Shown: one piece after another, positions 42,801 through 54,409 of the stretch
Numbering within the stretch: the first letter of the stretch is position 1
Layout: the number at the start of each line of letters is the position of its first letter
Source: Lama glama
Lineage: Eukaryota
Assembly (NCBI GenBank): GCA_028534125.1
Contig: CM052831.1
Span: 23,064,001-23,128,000, forward strand
Direction of reading: 5' to 3'
Length of the DNA: 64,000 nucleotides
Program-made: the position numbers and the translations under genes
The notes under the pieces: generated by a model
The model's input: the letters and a program-made list of their open reading frames with translations, nothing else
Told to the model about the DNA's origin: nothing
Database searches by the model: none

Positions 42801-45650
42801 CCTGGCCATGTGCAGGTGAGAAGCAATGGGAGGAGCATTCGTGTAGACAGAGGATGCTCTCTAGGTGGTGAGTCTGGGTTGTGCAGAGGCCACCATGCCA
42901 GCACTCTCAGCCTCTGGGCCCTGCCTTGAAAGGATAAGCAGAACTCACACCATCACTGCACCCACGAAAGGAAGTCCACTGAGCGGCCCGTGGGGAGACG
43001 AAGGTGACCCTTCAGCTCTCACCCACCATCCCCTCTTCTTGCTGACCTCCCCCCACCCCACCCCAGCTCACCAGGCACAACTGGCTACACTGCTGATGGG
43101 GGACCAGAGATGGGAACTGCAGGTAGACGATGCGACATTGGTCTGGGCTCAGCCGAGGAGAAGAGACAGCCAGACAGTCATCTGAGAGGAGCTCTGGACG
43201 AGACAAAAACGTGAGCATCACGCAGGCTGTCAGGGCCATTGTGTGTCAGCAAAGCACAGGTAGATGCCAGCACTTACCACACTTCCCCTTGATGAGGTCC
43301 ACATAGTATAGAGCTGACCTGGAACCATCAGAGAGACACTCAGCTTCAAGGCCAGTCTGAGCTACAAGGCACCCTTGCTCTGCCCCTTCGATTGTTCTCA
43401 CCTTCGATTGGTGCAGAAACGGATGCCCAGCCGGAAGGGCTCATGCCACCAGCCGACGAACACCACACCTGTGTCTCCAGGGGCCCAGAATGCCTGTAAA
43501 CAAGACCACAGGGCAGATGTGGATAAGGGGCAGTAGCTCAGGCAGGGCCCTCAGACTCCAGGAGTGATGTGGGCAGAGTCAGCACTAACCTGTCCGGGAG
43601 ACACACTCTCAGGGACCCCCTCAAGCACAGAGATGTTGCCACTCTCGACATCCAGCACGCAGAGCACAGGAGTGCTTTTAGAAACCATGTTTTCTCCCCA
43701 GTCTTCGTAAAACAAGAACTGATCCCCCTGAGAATACAAGACATTCAATGCCCAGCTTGTCTTGCAGGACCCTGCCCTGCCCTGCCCTGCCCTCTAGAAG
43801 CCAGTGCCTCCCTGGTTCTGATAGATGCAGTGTGCGTAGAAAGCAGACCGAGCCCCAGGCTGCCCTGAAGGGCCTTTGTGGACTCGCCACGGCCACAGCA
43901 CCTTAATGGCCTGGTCTGGCTTCTTCAGCCTAGCCATCTCGTCATCGCTGCCACTGATGTCCAAGGCTTTGGTATGAAAGAAGGACTCAGCCTTGGGACG
44001 CTTCTTCTCTGCCACGTATAGTAAGTGTGTCTCCGAATGCGACCAGGACAAGCAGCCAAAGCAGTCTGGGTGCAAGGAGGGCTGATCAGGGGGAGCCCTG
44101 GGTTATGGCTGCCCCTCCTGTCCACCCTGCCTGCTCACCAGCCGGCTGCCTCACCATCTTCATAAACTGGCCCATGTTTCTCCAGCGCCGACAGGTTGAA
44201 GCTCTTGAGCTTCTGGTTCTTCTCCCAGACCTGAGGACATCTGGGAGTGAGGTTGCTGTCCTTTAACAGAGCCTCATCTGTGGGACTGAGCCTGTTTGCC
44301 CACCACCTGGTCCCACGCAGACTTACTTCCAAAAACTGCTTCTCCTCCCCTGTGCCTGGGCCTCCAGCCTTGCGCAGCACAGCTTTCATGCTGCCTGAAG
44401 GAGATTCTCTGCTCAGCAGCCTAAGGAGGATATGGGGTAGCAGGTTAGAATTACCTCCCACCCAGTAATAGCCCATCCTGTCCCCTTACTGGCCACAACC
44501 TCTTTGACAAGATTCTTGAGGCTCTGGCCTACATCCATCCCTGCACCCCTTCTAGCGCCACCATGGCAGCTGCCTTGCATCCCCTCCCTCGAGCAAGGCC
44601 TCTAGACCTGGCCCAAGTTTGGAGCAAGCCTTCAGTGTTTATGACCATGTCACTAGAGACCACCTGAGCTCCCAAGGGGCAGGAACCTGGCTCCCAGCCT
44701 CCCTTCTAGGCCCTACTGACACCAAGGCACATGGTGGGCATTTGTAAAAGGCNNNNNNNNNNNNNNNNNNNNNNNNNNNNNNNNNNNNNNNNNNNNNNNN
44801 NNNNNNNNNNNNNNNNNNNNNNNNNNNNNNNNNNNNNNNNNNNNNNNNNNNNNNNNNNNNNNNNNNNNNNNNNNNNNNNNNNNNAATCGGATGTTCTCCA
44901 TGCGTTCCAGGTCCCTCTGGATCCACTCTGCGAGGAGAGGCACGAGGCTGCTCAACTTGACTAGTCCCAGCACAGGCTGCTCTACCCAACCCCAAGCAGG
45001 CCCAGCCCACCTCCCTCAATCTGTCTTCAGATATTCTGGGGGCAGGATGGGCATCACTTGGCCACAACTCAAGACTAGGCCTGCAGAGCCTGAGCTGACA
45101 ATATCTTGGAGTGTAACCATTACTGCCCCAAGCATCCACTCTAGAACCTTGAGGGTGGATATGGGATAGGATGATGAGGGTGACTCTTACAAGGCCCACA
45201 CTCTGCACCCATTGGCACCATCCCGTAACACCCCAAAGAGCCCCATATACACCTGTGTGCAAGGACCTCTGGGGGATTCACCCTTCCACTCCTACACTCT
45301 AGAAGCCCAGTTTCCTCCACACATCCGTGTGCACTGTCAGGCAGCGAGCCTGCCTTCACACCCTCCTCCTCTCCACTCGAGTGCATGGCCCCGTAAAGAG
45401 CCCGCCACCGATTCCTCTCCATATACACACCAGTGTGCACCGTCCGGTAGTGGCCCCCGTACTGCGTGGTGACCTCCGGGCCCAGGCAGGCGGCGCTCAG
45501 CGCGGAATGGCGGCTAAGGCCCCGGTACAGCGCCGCCGCCTCTTCGGGCTCGCTCAGCAGCACCTGCGCAGGGGACACACGAGGGTCAGGCCCAGCCCGG
45601 GCTGCAACGACCACGGGAACCGCGAGCCGATCCCTCACCTGCCGCTCCAT
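36880..45650 (-). CDS. APEH: Acylamino-acid-releasing enzyme (acylpeptide hydrolase, S9C family), ~732 aa
   Basis: MERQVLLSEP start; GGSHGG nucleophile, GQEDRRV Asp, KSTHTLSE His. Exons 45639-45650, 45431-45563, (~44801, in N gap)-44927, 44327-44420, 44155-44230, 43902-44065, 43590-43727, 43402-43493, 43278-43318, 43072-43193, 42479-42539, 41080-41177, 40387-40438, 39522-39610, 38931-39069, 38391-38474, 38226-38306, 37786-37874, 37486-37676, 37276-37378, 37085-37191, 36880-36985. Confidence 0.97.
40570..40730 (+). mobile_element. MIR SINE
   Basis: CCTGGGTTCACATCCCAGCTCTGTTACAACTTGCTGAATGACCCTG...CTCTGAG. Confidence 0.6.
41560..41725 (-). mobile_element. MIR SINE (antisense)
   Basis: AAAGAAATGGAAGCTT...GTCCAAGGACACACAGCTATTAAGGGGCAGAGCTGAGATTCAGACCAGG. 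Confidence 0.65.
42072..42185 (+). mobile_element. Very short, younger L1 3'-end insertion with TSD
   Basis: ATATGTATAATTGAATCACTTTGCTGTACATCTGAAA...AATAAA...poly(A); TSD AAGAAATATCT at 42061-42071 and 42186-42196. Confidence 0.8.
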
Positions 45651-46420
45651 GTTAGCCCTGGGCGGTCCGGGTGGTATTACGGGCTGGCGCCCGGAAGTGA
45701 GACTCCAGGGGCGGAGCCGAGAGCGGCCCCGCCTGTCTCCGTCGCGGCCTCGCCGCTTAGTGAGCGGGGCGGGACCTTCGACGAATGAGCGAGGACCCTT
45801 AGCAGGGGGCGGGGCTTCTACGGGAAGGGGGTGGGGCCTGGGAGGAAGAAGGAGCTGCGGCCCAGAGTCCTGAAGGGAAGGAGCGAGTCCTTTTGGGGCG
45901 GACTAGGTCGGTGGGAGGAGGGCTCTTTGGGCCAATTCCCATGTCTGTTACTGGGAGCGGCGGGAATGGGATTTCCGAGGAGAAGGGGTTGCGCTGTGGA
46001 AACAGAATAAAGAGTGGGTCTTTAGGGAGGGGGGAGGCCCGTGAGGAACAACAGGGCCCACGGGAAAGGGGGTGAGGCGGGACGGGGGTGGGTCTTAAGC
46101 AATCGGGGGGCGGGGCCTGAGAGCTCTGCGGACCAAGGGCTCTTCGAGGACTTGAGGCGGGGCGGGGCAGGACTGAGTCCAGCGAGGGTAGTAAAGTCGA
46201 GAGATGAGGGGCGGGGCCTGAGGAGCGGGGTGCGAGCCGATGCCATCCCCAGCAGAGATCTCCCGCAGCCTGGAGGCTGACTGTCGGTCCTTCTGGTCCA
46301 TTACAAGGCAAACATTCACCAGATGGTTCCAGGCCCTGCTCTGGAGGGGCTCTCAGGCCAACGAGAAAAGAAGGGCGGAGGTGCGCTCCCGGCCGAGCGC
46401 GCGGAACTCTGGGGTGTGGG
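45651..46420 (-). promoter_or_regulatory. APEH CpG-island promoter
   Basis: CpG-rich; CCGGAAGTG (ETS) 45691-45699; many GGGGCGG boxes. Confidence 0.75.
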
Positions 46421-47029
46421 GCAAAGGACGGTGCCAAGTTCACAGGGGTGTTGCCTGGTTTTATCGGCCACCAGGCCTACTCCAGAAGCTATCTGTTCCA
46501 GCAGCCATCACCCGCCCCGCTCAGTGGCACCTTGCTGGGATCGTGAGCAAAAGGGCCTCTGCCTCCCCAGGCCTCAGCCCAAGCTCTTGGGGCAGAGGGC
46601 TTGGTGGGGTCAGGCTCCACCCAGAACCAGGGAGCTTCCTGTGGAAAGAAAAACCTGGGCAGGCAGGCTCCCTGGGCACTGTGGCACTGGACTGGGTGGG
46701 TTATGTTGCCAGAAGAGGGCAGGAGAGACTGGGCAGCTATCAGGACAGCATCGATGTCCCATCCTCCGTATACCCTGAGACTGGCTGGTCTTCCATACCT
46801 CAGGGTTCTGACTCCATATGCCCTGCCTAGCCTTTGAGTGAGATCCTACTTGACTGGCCTGAGGCTTCCCCTTCCCCATGAACCACATCGGACTAGTTAA
46901 GTAAAAACAGTTTCCACTTTCTGAGGCCACTTGTATTTGTGAGTGTCTGGTGTGTGCAGGACTGTTAAGGCCAGAACTGGGAGCAGAAAGAGTGGCCCGA
47001 GCCACCAATCTGGGTGGAAAGTGGGAAAC

Positions 47030-47360
47030 TAGGATATTCCTCAGCGTTCTTTATAACAGGAAAACTGGGAACATGGTGCCTGTCCTTCAGGGCACGTGCA
47101 GTAGACTGGCTGTAAACTCATAATGCAGCTCTCTGGAGGCTGAGCATTGGAGTATGAACATCTAAGTACTGCATGAACATGTAGAAACAAACAGGAGGCT
47201 AGAAAGCAGAAGATACTGTACCTTCTGGCTTCTGTTTAAAATGAAAAAGAAAAGCACAAATAGGAAGGACATGCATCAAGATATTAATTCGGGGAAAGGC
47301 CAGAGATGAGGCTGATCCTCTTTTCATTTACCTGTGTCTTTCAAGTTTTCTAGCAACTCT
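47030..47360 (+). mobile_element. Ancient L1ME-like fragment
   Basis: TTTATAACAGGAAAACTGGGAACA...TGTCCTTCAG and a degenerate L1ME 3' UTR. Confidence 0.5.
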
Positions 47361-47799
47361 GGGTTACTTTGGTAAGGAGGCTCTCCGGTCTTGGGGAAGA
47401 GCTAAGACCTAGTAGCTCCCCAGAGTTTGGGGGTTGGAGGGCACACAGCAAGGCAGATAGGTGTAGGGCTTGTTGGCAACACCAGGGGGCAGCACCCACT
47501 CACCTCCTTCCCGGGACCAGGCCCCAGAAAGCTGTGCAGCCCGGACACCCACAGGCGGAGGAGACACCGTATCTCAACAGTTCCAGCAGCGAGCTAACTG
47601 CTCCCTCCTGGTCCAAATGTTGGACCTGTCCTGGGGCACTTTGTGGAGGGGCCCATTGTCTTTGGACAGATTGGTGTAAACTCAGCCAGGGCCTTGCCAG
47701 TACTTCTGCCCCTTTGCCTTTTCCCTAACTGTGAAGAGACAGGATTGTCACAGCCTGGGGATTTGTTCCTCTGGCTAAGCCTTCCCGTTTCAGAAACNN

Positions 47800-50700
47800 N
47801 NNNNNNNNNNNNNNNNNNNNNNNNNNNNNNNNNNNNNNNNNNNNNNNNNNNNNNNNNNNNNNNNNNNNNNNNNNNNNNNNNNNNNNNNNNNNNNNNNNNN
47901 NNNNNNNNNNNNNNNNNNNNNNNNNNNNNNNNNNNNNNNNNNNNNNNNNNNNNNNNNNNNNNNNNNNNNNNNNNNNNNNNNNNNNNNNNNNNNNNNNNNN
48001 NNNNNNNNNNNNNNNNNNNNNNNNNNNNNNNNNNNNNNNNNNNNNNNNNNNNNNNNNNNNNNNNNNNNNNNNNNNAGTGAGGGGAAAGCAAAAACAAGAC
48101 ATGGAAGCTAGCAGAGGAAAGGCGTTGGGCAGCCACCACTCTCCAGGGCACTGCACTTAGAGAGAAGGAGCTGATTTGATCCGAGGCCAAATGAGGCAGA
48201 CGTGCGCACACGTGCGCACACACACGCGCGCACACACACACTCACACACTTGTTCACATGCATACACACACAATAGCTCACAATTTCCATGGCTCTCCAG
48301 TGCCACCCCAGTGCACATGGCAGCAGGGCTGCTGCTACCCAGGGAGACAGAAATGATATCTCTGAGGAGTTTCAGTTCATCAGGCCTGTCCCCCTGACCC
48401 TGTTGGAGTCCATGATGATGCGTATTTACAGAATGGGGGTTGGGAGCATGATGGCAGGGGAGGGGCAGACAGGCCAGGACCCTGCTGCCATGGCAAAGGA
48501 TCTGCCTGGAAAACTCCCCACAGGCTCCAGAAGACAGGCCATAGTTGCTGCCACTGCTGCCCTCTCATCATAGGCCCTGAGACCACACTCTCTTCCCAAG
48601 GACTAAGTGGATGGTGGGGAAGGGAGGTGTCACTGTGAAGTGGATACACTGGGCCCTGAAGTGGACAGGGGAGGCAGTGCCCTTGCTCATGACACTGGGG
48701 GTGGGGAGCTGTGGAGAAGGTCTATAGTGCATCCCAGAGACCGCCTTGCCCACGTAGAGATGTGCTCAATGCTCCCCACCAAATCCTAGTCCTTCAGCCT
48801 CTGGCCACAGCAGTATCTACACAAGGGCCAGGACACCTGTGGCCCAGAGGCCTGCTCCAGCCACCTTCACAAGGGGTGATGGGTACAGATGTGTCCTGTG
48901 GGTACACTGCAGGGTAGGGAGTGGCAGATGTCAGAAATTTCAAAATCAGGTTGGCCAGAAAGGAGATTTGCTGGAAAGTCAACATTTGAGGCTGACCTGC
49001 TGTCATCTCCCTGCCTGTTTCCTGCTCCTGGCCTCATCCCTTGGCCTTTTGTGGGAAGGATCACTGCCTTGGTCCCCAACGTATCCAGCCACTAGGCACA
49101 TCTCCATACAGACTGAGCCCTGGGTGGTCCGAGGTGCTGGATGGTGGACTCCCTCAGCCCTTACACAGATGGCCTCATCCAGCCCAAGCCTGATCTCTGG
49201 GATGAGGCAGGTGTCCCATGGGATGGGTGAAGCCCAAATCCCAAAGGACAGGGTCTTGGGCCCAACACGGGGGTTGACAGCCTCCTATCTTATCCACGAC
49301 TACCAGAGGTGGGCCAGAATCCCTCTGAAGGGTGTGTAGATCTTACAGGAAAGCATGAGAAACGTGGACCCCTGAGAACTGCATGGTACAGACCAGAGCA
49401 CTCTGGAGGAAGGCCGGGCCTGGAGAGGTCAGGCAGCTGCCACCTGCTGCCCTCTTGGCTCAGTTGTAGAGAAGCTAATGAGCAATGGGATACTTAGGCT
49501 TCAGAGACGGGGGCTGGAAGGGAGTTTGGGTCTTGGGGACAGATGCAGAGTGTCACAACAGAATCTTCTGTATGTTTTGTTATTGAGAAGCTTCCCAAGA
49601 AACTCAGCTTGAGCCACGGTCTATGTGAACACTCACTCCAGTCCAAGATGATACTGTCAGCTGTCCTCACCACAAATGCCAAAGGTCCAACTCTTCCTGA
49701 ACACTCCCTGACCCTCTGGCCCCAGCCTAGATCTCCTGGATCACAGACCTTTGAGCCTCCCAGCCAGAGAGGAGAGGCAGGGAGCAGGTGCAGTCAGGAG
49801 CTGGGGTCCCAGGACACAGCCAGGCTCTGCCCGTGGCCTGTCTTTCTGACTACAGATGCAGCCCAGCTCTGCCCTTGAGCAGTGCCTCGCTAGGAAGGGG
49901 TGGCCAGATGTCTCTGGCTCAGGGCTTGTGTAAGAGGGGGAAAGACTTACAGATGGAAATCCTACAGCAAACCTTCTGAATGTTCATGCACACACATCCT
50001 GTGCAGGCTCCCACCAGCACGTCTACTCCAGAGACATCTTGGTCAGAGAAACCGGCAAGGTGTGTGGTGCCTTGCACTGCCTGGCCTATGGCCTGGCATG
50101 CTCGGGCAGCAATTTCAGTGGGTCCTCACTAGCTCGTGCAAAAGTCAGCTAGAAGAACTCCTGAAGGAGAGGTTCTGAGACAAAAAGAACTCCAAGCANN
50201 NNNNNNNNNNNNNNNNNNNNNNNNNNNNNNNNNNNNNNNNNNNNNNNNNNNNNNNNNNNNNNNNNNNNNNNNNNNNNNNNNNNNNNNNNNNNNNNNNNNN
50301 NNNNNNNNNNNNNNNNNNNNNNNNNNNNNNNNNNNNNNNNNNNNNNNNNNNNNNAGGGGCAGGGTGGGTGGGGAGGTGAGGGGTTTGATATGAGCATATC
50401 TATCCAGTTTCTCAATTGCAGGTTTGCAATTAACTCCTTATACATAACATGGAATTTATTAAATATTAACAGTTGTCTTTGAGGGTTTATATTTCATTGC
50501 ATAGAACGTTAGAGATGAGACTTGCGGCTGTGCCCAAGATGAAGGGAGGTCCCCAAGGGAAGGGCCTTGGGAAGGACCACCGCCCAGTCCACTGGGTGGA
50601 TGGATGGTGCCACACTCCCCAACGCAGGGCTCTGGGCCCTTCCGTCGGCTGGCAGAAGCCCTAGCCCCTCTGCTCTGAGCACGTCCACTGGTGATGGCTT

Positions 50701-51791
50701 AAGAAGGACTGGAGTTGCACGGTAAACAGAGGCGGGCTGAGGGGCCTCCCTAGACCCTGCCCTGGGGTTGTGCTCTTGGTGGCCTGCTGCCCACTATTGC
50801 TTCTAAGTCAACATTCTCCCTGTGCTGAGCAGGGACAGAGCAGAGAGGAAACCAAACCTTCAGTCACAAGGTGGTGGTGGAGGGGAGAGGCAAGGAGCTG
50901 AGCCGAGAGAGAGAAGAGAGTAAAGNNNNNNNNNNNNNNNNNNNNNNNNNNNNNNNNNNNNNNNNNNNNNNNNNNNNNNNNNNNNNNNNNNNNNNNNNNN
51001 NNNNNNNNNNNNNNNNNNNNNNNNNNNNNNNNNNNNNNNNNNNNNNNNNNNNNNNNNNNNNNNNNGGGATGCTCATGATGACTGGGGGGATGGCTTTGAA
51101 GATGGTGGCGGGTGTGCTAGCACGCGGCCACCCATGGGCTGGGAGAAGCCTCAGCCGGCGTCCACGCTGCTTTTCGGTGCTATGGCCTCTTATTTCAGCG
51201 ATGAGACAGTGTTAGGTCCTAATGTTTTAAAGTTCTCCCGAAACCACGCTAGCCACACAGAAGTCTGCTCCGGTGTCACCCAGAGGGCAGGGTGAGGGGA
51301 GCAGGGCCCTGTGGCCACAGAGGGATCCGGGCCAGCTGGAATGTGAAGGAAACGGAGCCCGGGGCCCCCAGCCCTCAGTCAAAGCCCCTCTCCAAGGCTG
51401 TGGAAAAACTTCTGGCGTTGTGGAGGGAGGGCGACGTCCATCAGAAACAGGCAGCGTGCGCCCAAACTCTGCGTATAACGCATTAGAAGCCTGGCTGGCC
51501 AGGCTGCAGAGAGGCGGCTGTGGAAAGAACAGCAGGACCACCAAATGGCAGGGTTTCCCAAGACGGTTCCTCCCTCCCAGCGATGGCTATGCCTTGAAGG
51601 CGGCCCCCTGAGGAGAGCAGGGTCTCTGAAAAGACACTCCCAGGTGGCCCCAGGCCAGTGGTCCCACTTCTCCAGCAGATGCTTCACCCCGGCAGCTGCT
51701 GTTAGAAAACATCCTGTCCTCAACTGAGGCCCACCTGCCACGTCCCACCTGGTGTGAGTCTTTGGGCCAAGGGTTTGTCAGATTGTAGATG
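47800..51791 (-). other. BSN: BSN terminal 3'UTR exon (5' boundary inferred; distal end probably in or near the 47798-48075 gap)
   Basis: Long polypyrimidine tract + AAG acceptor at 51792-51830 on -; internal AATAAA at 50455-50460; miR-153 8mer (CTATGCAA) at 50497-50504; miR-137 7mer (AGCAATA) at 50795-50801. Confidence 0.6.
48203..48272. repeat. Compound (CA/CG)n microsatellite
   Basis: TGCGCACACGTGCGCACACACACGCGCGCACACACACACTCACACAC...CATACACACACA. Confidence 0.8.
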
Positions 51792-52609
51792 CTTGGAGGA
51801 GGGCAGGAGGGAGGGGGAAGGAAAGAAGGAAAGACAGAAGGATTTTGTCAAGAACTGTGGAAGCTGCTTCCCACTCATGCTCCTCCCAGCTGTTTGCCCC
51901 GTGCTGACGGCCTAGCGCCTCCGCACCTACAGGATCCCACCAGACTGAGGCATGGGGAGATGGGTGCTTAGGCAGGTTTGAGGTCACAAAGAGAAAGTCA
52001 GGAAGAAAGAAGAATCAGGCTGGCCAGGAAGGGCCATTTCTTTAATACATGATGCTTTTTGTTTCTCTTAAAAATGAGGGAGATAGAATTTTGTTTAAAA
52101 TGGCAAGCCCCTCCCAACCCACTTCTGAAATTTCCACAAAAGACACCAGGAGATGGACACTCACAGAAGCAATGACCGCTTGGCCCAATCATCAGCCAAA
52201 TGCCAGAACTCGAGGGAGATTCTTTTAACTACAAAGTTAGTGGTCTCCATGGCCCACACACATCATGTGGCAGGACATGGAACAAAGCCACACCAGGGGT
52301 TCCTTTCCCTCCCCAGTGACACAGCCCTGGCCCTAAACCCAAGGTGGGTCCTGCCATGGACCTGGCCCATGGGCTGCCCCTCCTTCCCCTCCCTTCAACA
52401 CTCTTTCTAATTTCACATCTGTTCCAGGGCGGCTCAGAGGAAACATCTGGCTAAGTGGGAAAGCGGTAGGGAGCCCACTGTCGTGGGGTGAGAGAAGGAA
52501 GAATGCTGGGGTGTTGCACTGTGGTTACTGTAATTAGAATAAATTCTGGGCTCTTTTACCTTTGCCTACAAAGCCCAACCCAGCTGGCTCACGCCCCCTC
52601 TGACTTCAC

Positions 52610-53012
52610 CCCTGACCGTACCTCCCCTCCTCTGTGGCTCTGGCTCTGCTGGCCTTTTGTCTGTCCCTGAGGCCTACCTGTGTCATCAGAGCCTCCGTTG
52701 GTGCTGTTCCCTTCCGTGGGCACCTCCCACAGCAGCCTCTTCTCCTCCCTTGAGCTTTACCTGGTATTGACCACTTTCTTTAGAGTAGACCCTTCCACCA
52801 TAATCCTGCTTCCCTGCCTTCAGAACACTTATTATCTTCAGAAATTACCTTGTAAAGTAATTCTTTTTAACTTATTTGCTCACTGCCTCTCTTAATGGAC
52901 TGTCAGCTTCAGAGGGCAGGGACTTGGTCTTGTTCTCTGCTATATCCCCAGCACTTGGAACAGGGCTCAGCACCCACCTAGAGCCTGACAAACATTTGCT
53001 GAATAAATGGAT
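52610..53012 (+). mobile_element. LINE-2 (L2a/b-like) 3' portion
   Basis: GACTGTCAGCTTCAGAGGGCAGGGACTTGGTCTTGTTCTCTGCTATATCCCCAGCACTTGGAACAGGGC...AAACATTTGCTGAATAAATGGA classic L2 tail. Confidence 0.8.
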
Positions 53013-53933
53013 AGAAAACTGGGCCTTTCCAGCACCCTCACTGGTCCTGCAGAGACAGGTGGCCCTCTTGACACTATACCCAACTCCTTCCCACAAGCAG
53101 GCCTGGCCTGAGCAAGGACCTCTGCTGGCCCCAGCGCTCCCTGGTGATTTGCCTGCTGAATGCTGGGGCCTACCACACACATGCCTGTCCACCATGAGAA
53201 ACACCCAAACCTCCATACTCTTAGTCCTAGAAATGGCAAAGAAGGGGCAGGAGGAGGGCCCCAAGGCTATGGAACGGGAAGATGTGGTACCTGGCTGTGT
53301 GCAGAGCAGTGCCAGTAACCAGGCTCTCCTCCCTGCCATCCTTGATGATGCACCACTTCCTCCTTCACCCACAGAGGCAGGGCCAGGGCCAGAGAAGGCT
53401 CTAGGCAGAGGCTTCTGATCCTGCCTTGGCCACTGCAGCCCAGACAGAGCCATCCTGAGGCTCTTCCACTCTCTCCCTGGGCTGACCTGGTCTGGATCCT
53501 CCTGTCCAAGTGCCTCCCTGTCCTCTTTGTCCCTTTCCTGTCTGCCTCTCCAATCATTCTGCTTTTCTTTCTTGCTGGTCTTGAGTCAATAGTATCTTGA
53601 CTTCACACCAAGGGCTGCTAAGCTCGGCAGGGTTTGGGGGTTCTGGCTTCATTTGAATGTCTGGAGCAAAGCTACTGTACCAGACCTCAGGGATGAGGCT
53701 TTGAATCAGTTCTTGGCATACAGACCCCTAGTTGGGTGTGGTTGGCTTTTTTGGGCCCTTCCCCAAGGTTACTACTGGAGTCACCTCAGCCAGCTGAGTT
53801 GTCTCTGCCTTCCAAGTGGCTGCTGGGCCCATCCCAGCTGCAGGAAGCCCAACAGGCCCCTCCTCGTTGTAGGAACTGGGTGGGTTTGGTCAGCCAGGCC
53901 AGGTCCCACCCCCACCCTGGTCCTGATACTTAC

Positions 53934-54026
53934 TGTTATACGCAGAGTCCAGAGCTGCGCCCAGGCCTCTGACTCCAGAGATTTTTCCACAGCAATAATA
54001 TCATCTCCCTTCATTTCTTCAAGAGC
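53934..54026 (-). other. BSN: BSN 93-nt exon lying wholly after the stop codon
   Basis: CTCCACAG| acceptor at 54027 and ACA|GTAAGT donor at 53933. Confidence 0.75.
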
Positions 54027-54409
54027 CTGTGGAGTATTTACAGTGGAGGGCTGGAAGGAGCTGCATCATAGGGGGCCCCACCTATAACCCAATGTCAACT
54101 CATAGCTATGAGAGCTCTGTGGGGGCTCAGGGTGGTGGAGAAGGACAAGGGATCATTGGCCCTGGCTTCCCTTTGCTAGGGATCTCTATTGAGTTGGCCC
54201 CATAATGGGGCCTCTGTGCACAGTGTCTCTCCTTTTCCTCCTCCTCCTACCACACTCATAGGAAGGACACTGCAGCTCTGGCCACATCATCCGCTATTGA
54301 AGACTACAGTCCTCCCAGAAGACCCTGCAGGGCCCCCACAGGAGCGCCTCATGCCTTTCCCAGGGGGAAACTGGGTATAGGCAGTTCATACTCACCCTGC
54401 AGGGCATGG

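Noticed and set aside
43385-43410. 10-bp direct repeat CCTTCGATTG flanking an APEH donor
   Set aside because: Small local duplication; the intronic copy is not followed by GT, so no alternative donor is created.
51517-51526. Second GCTGTGGAAA copy as an alternative duplex partner
   Set aside because: Only 10 bp and not collinear with the other helices; cannot be distinguished from chance.
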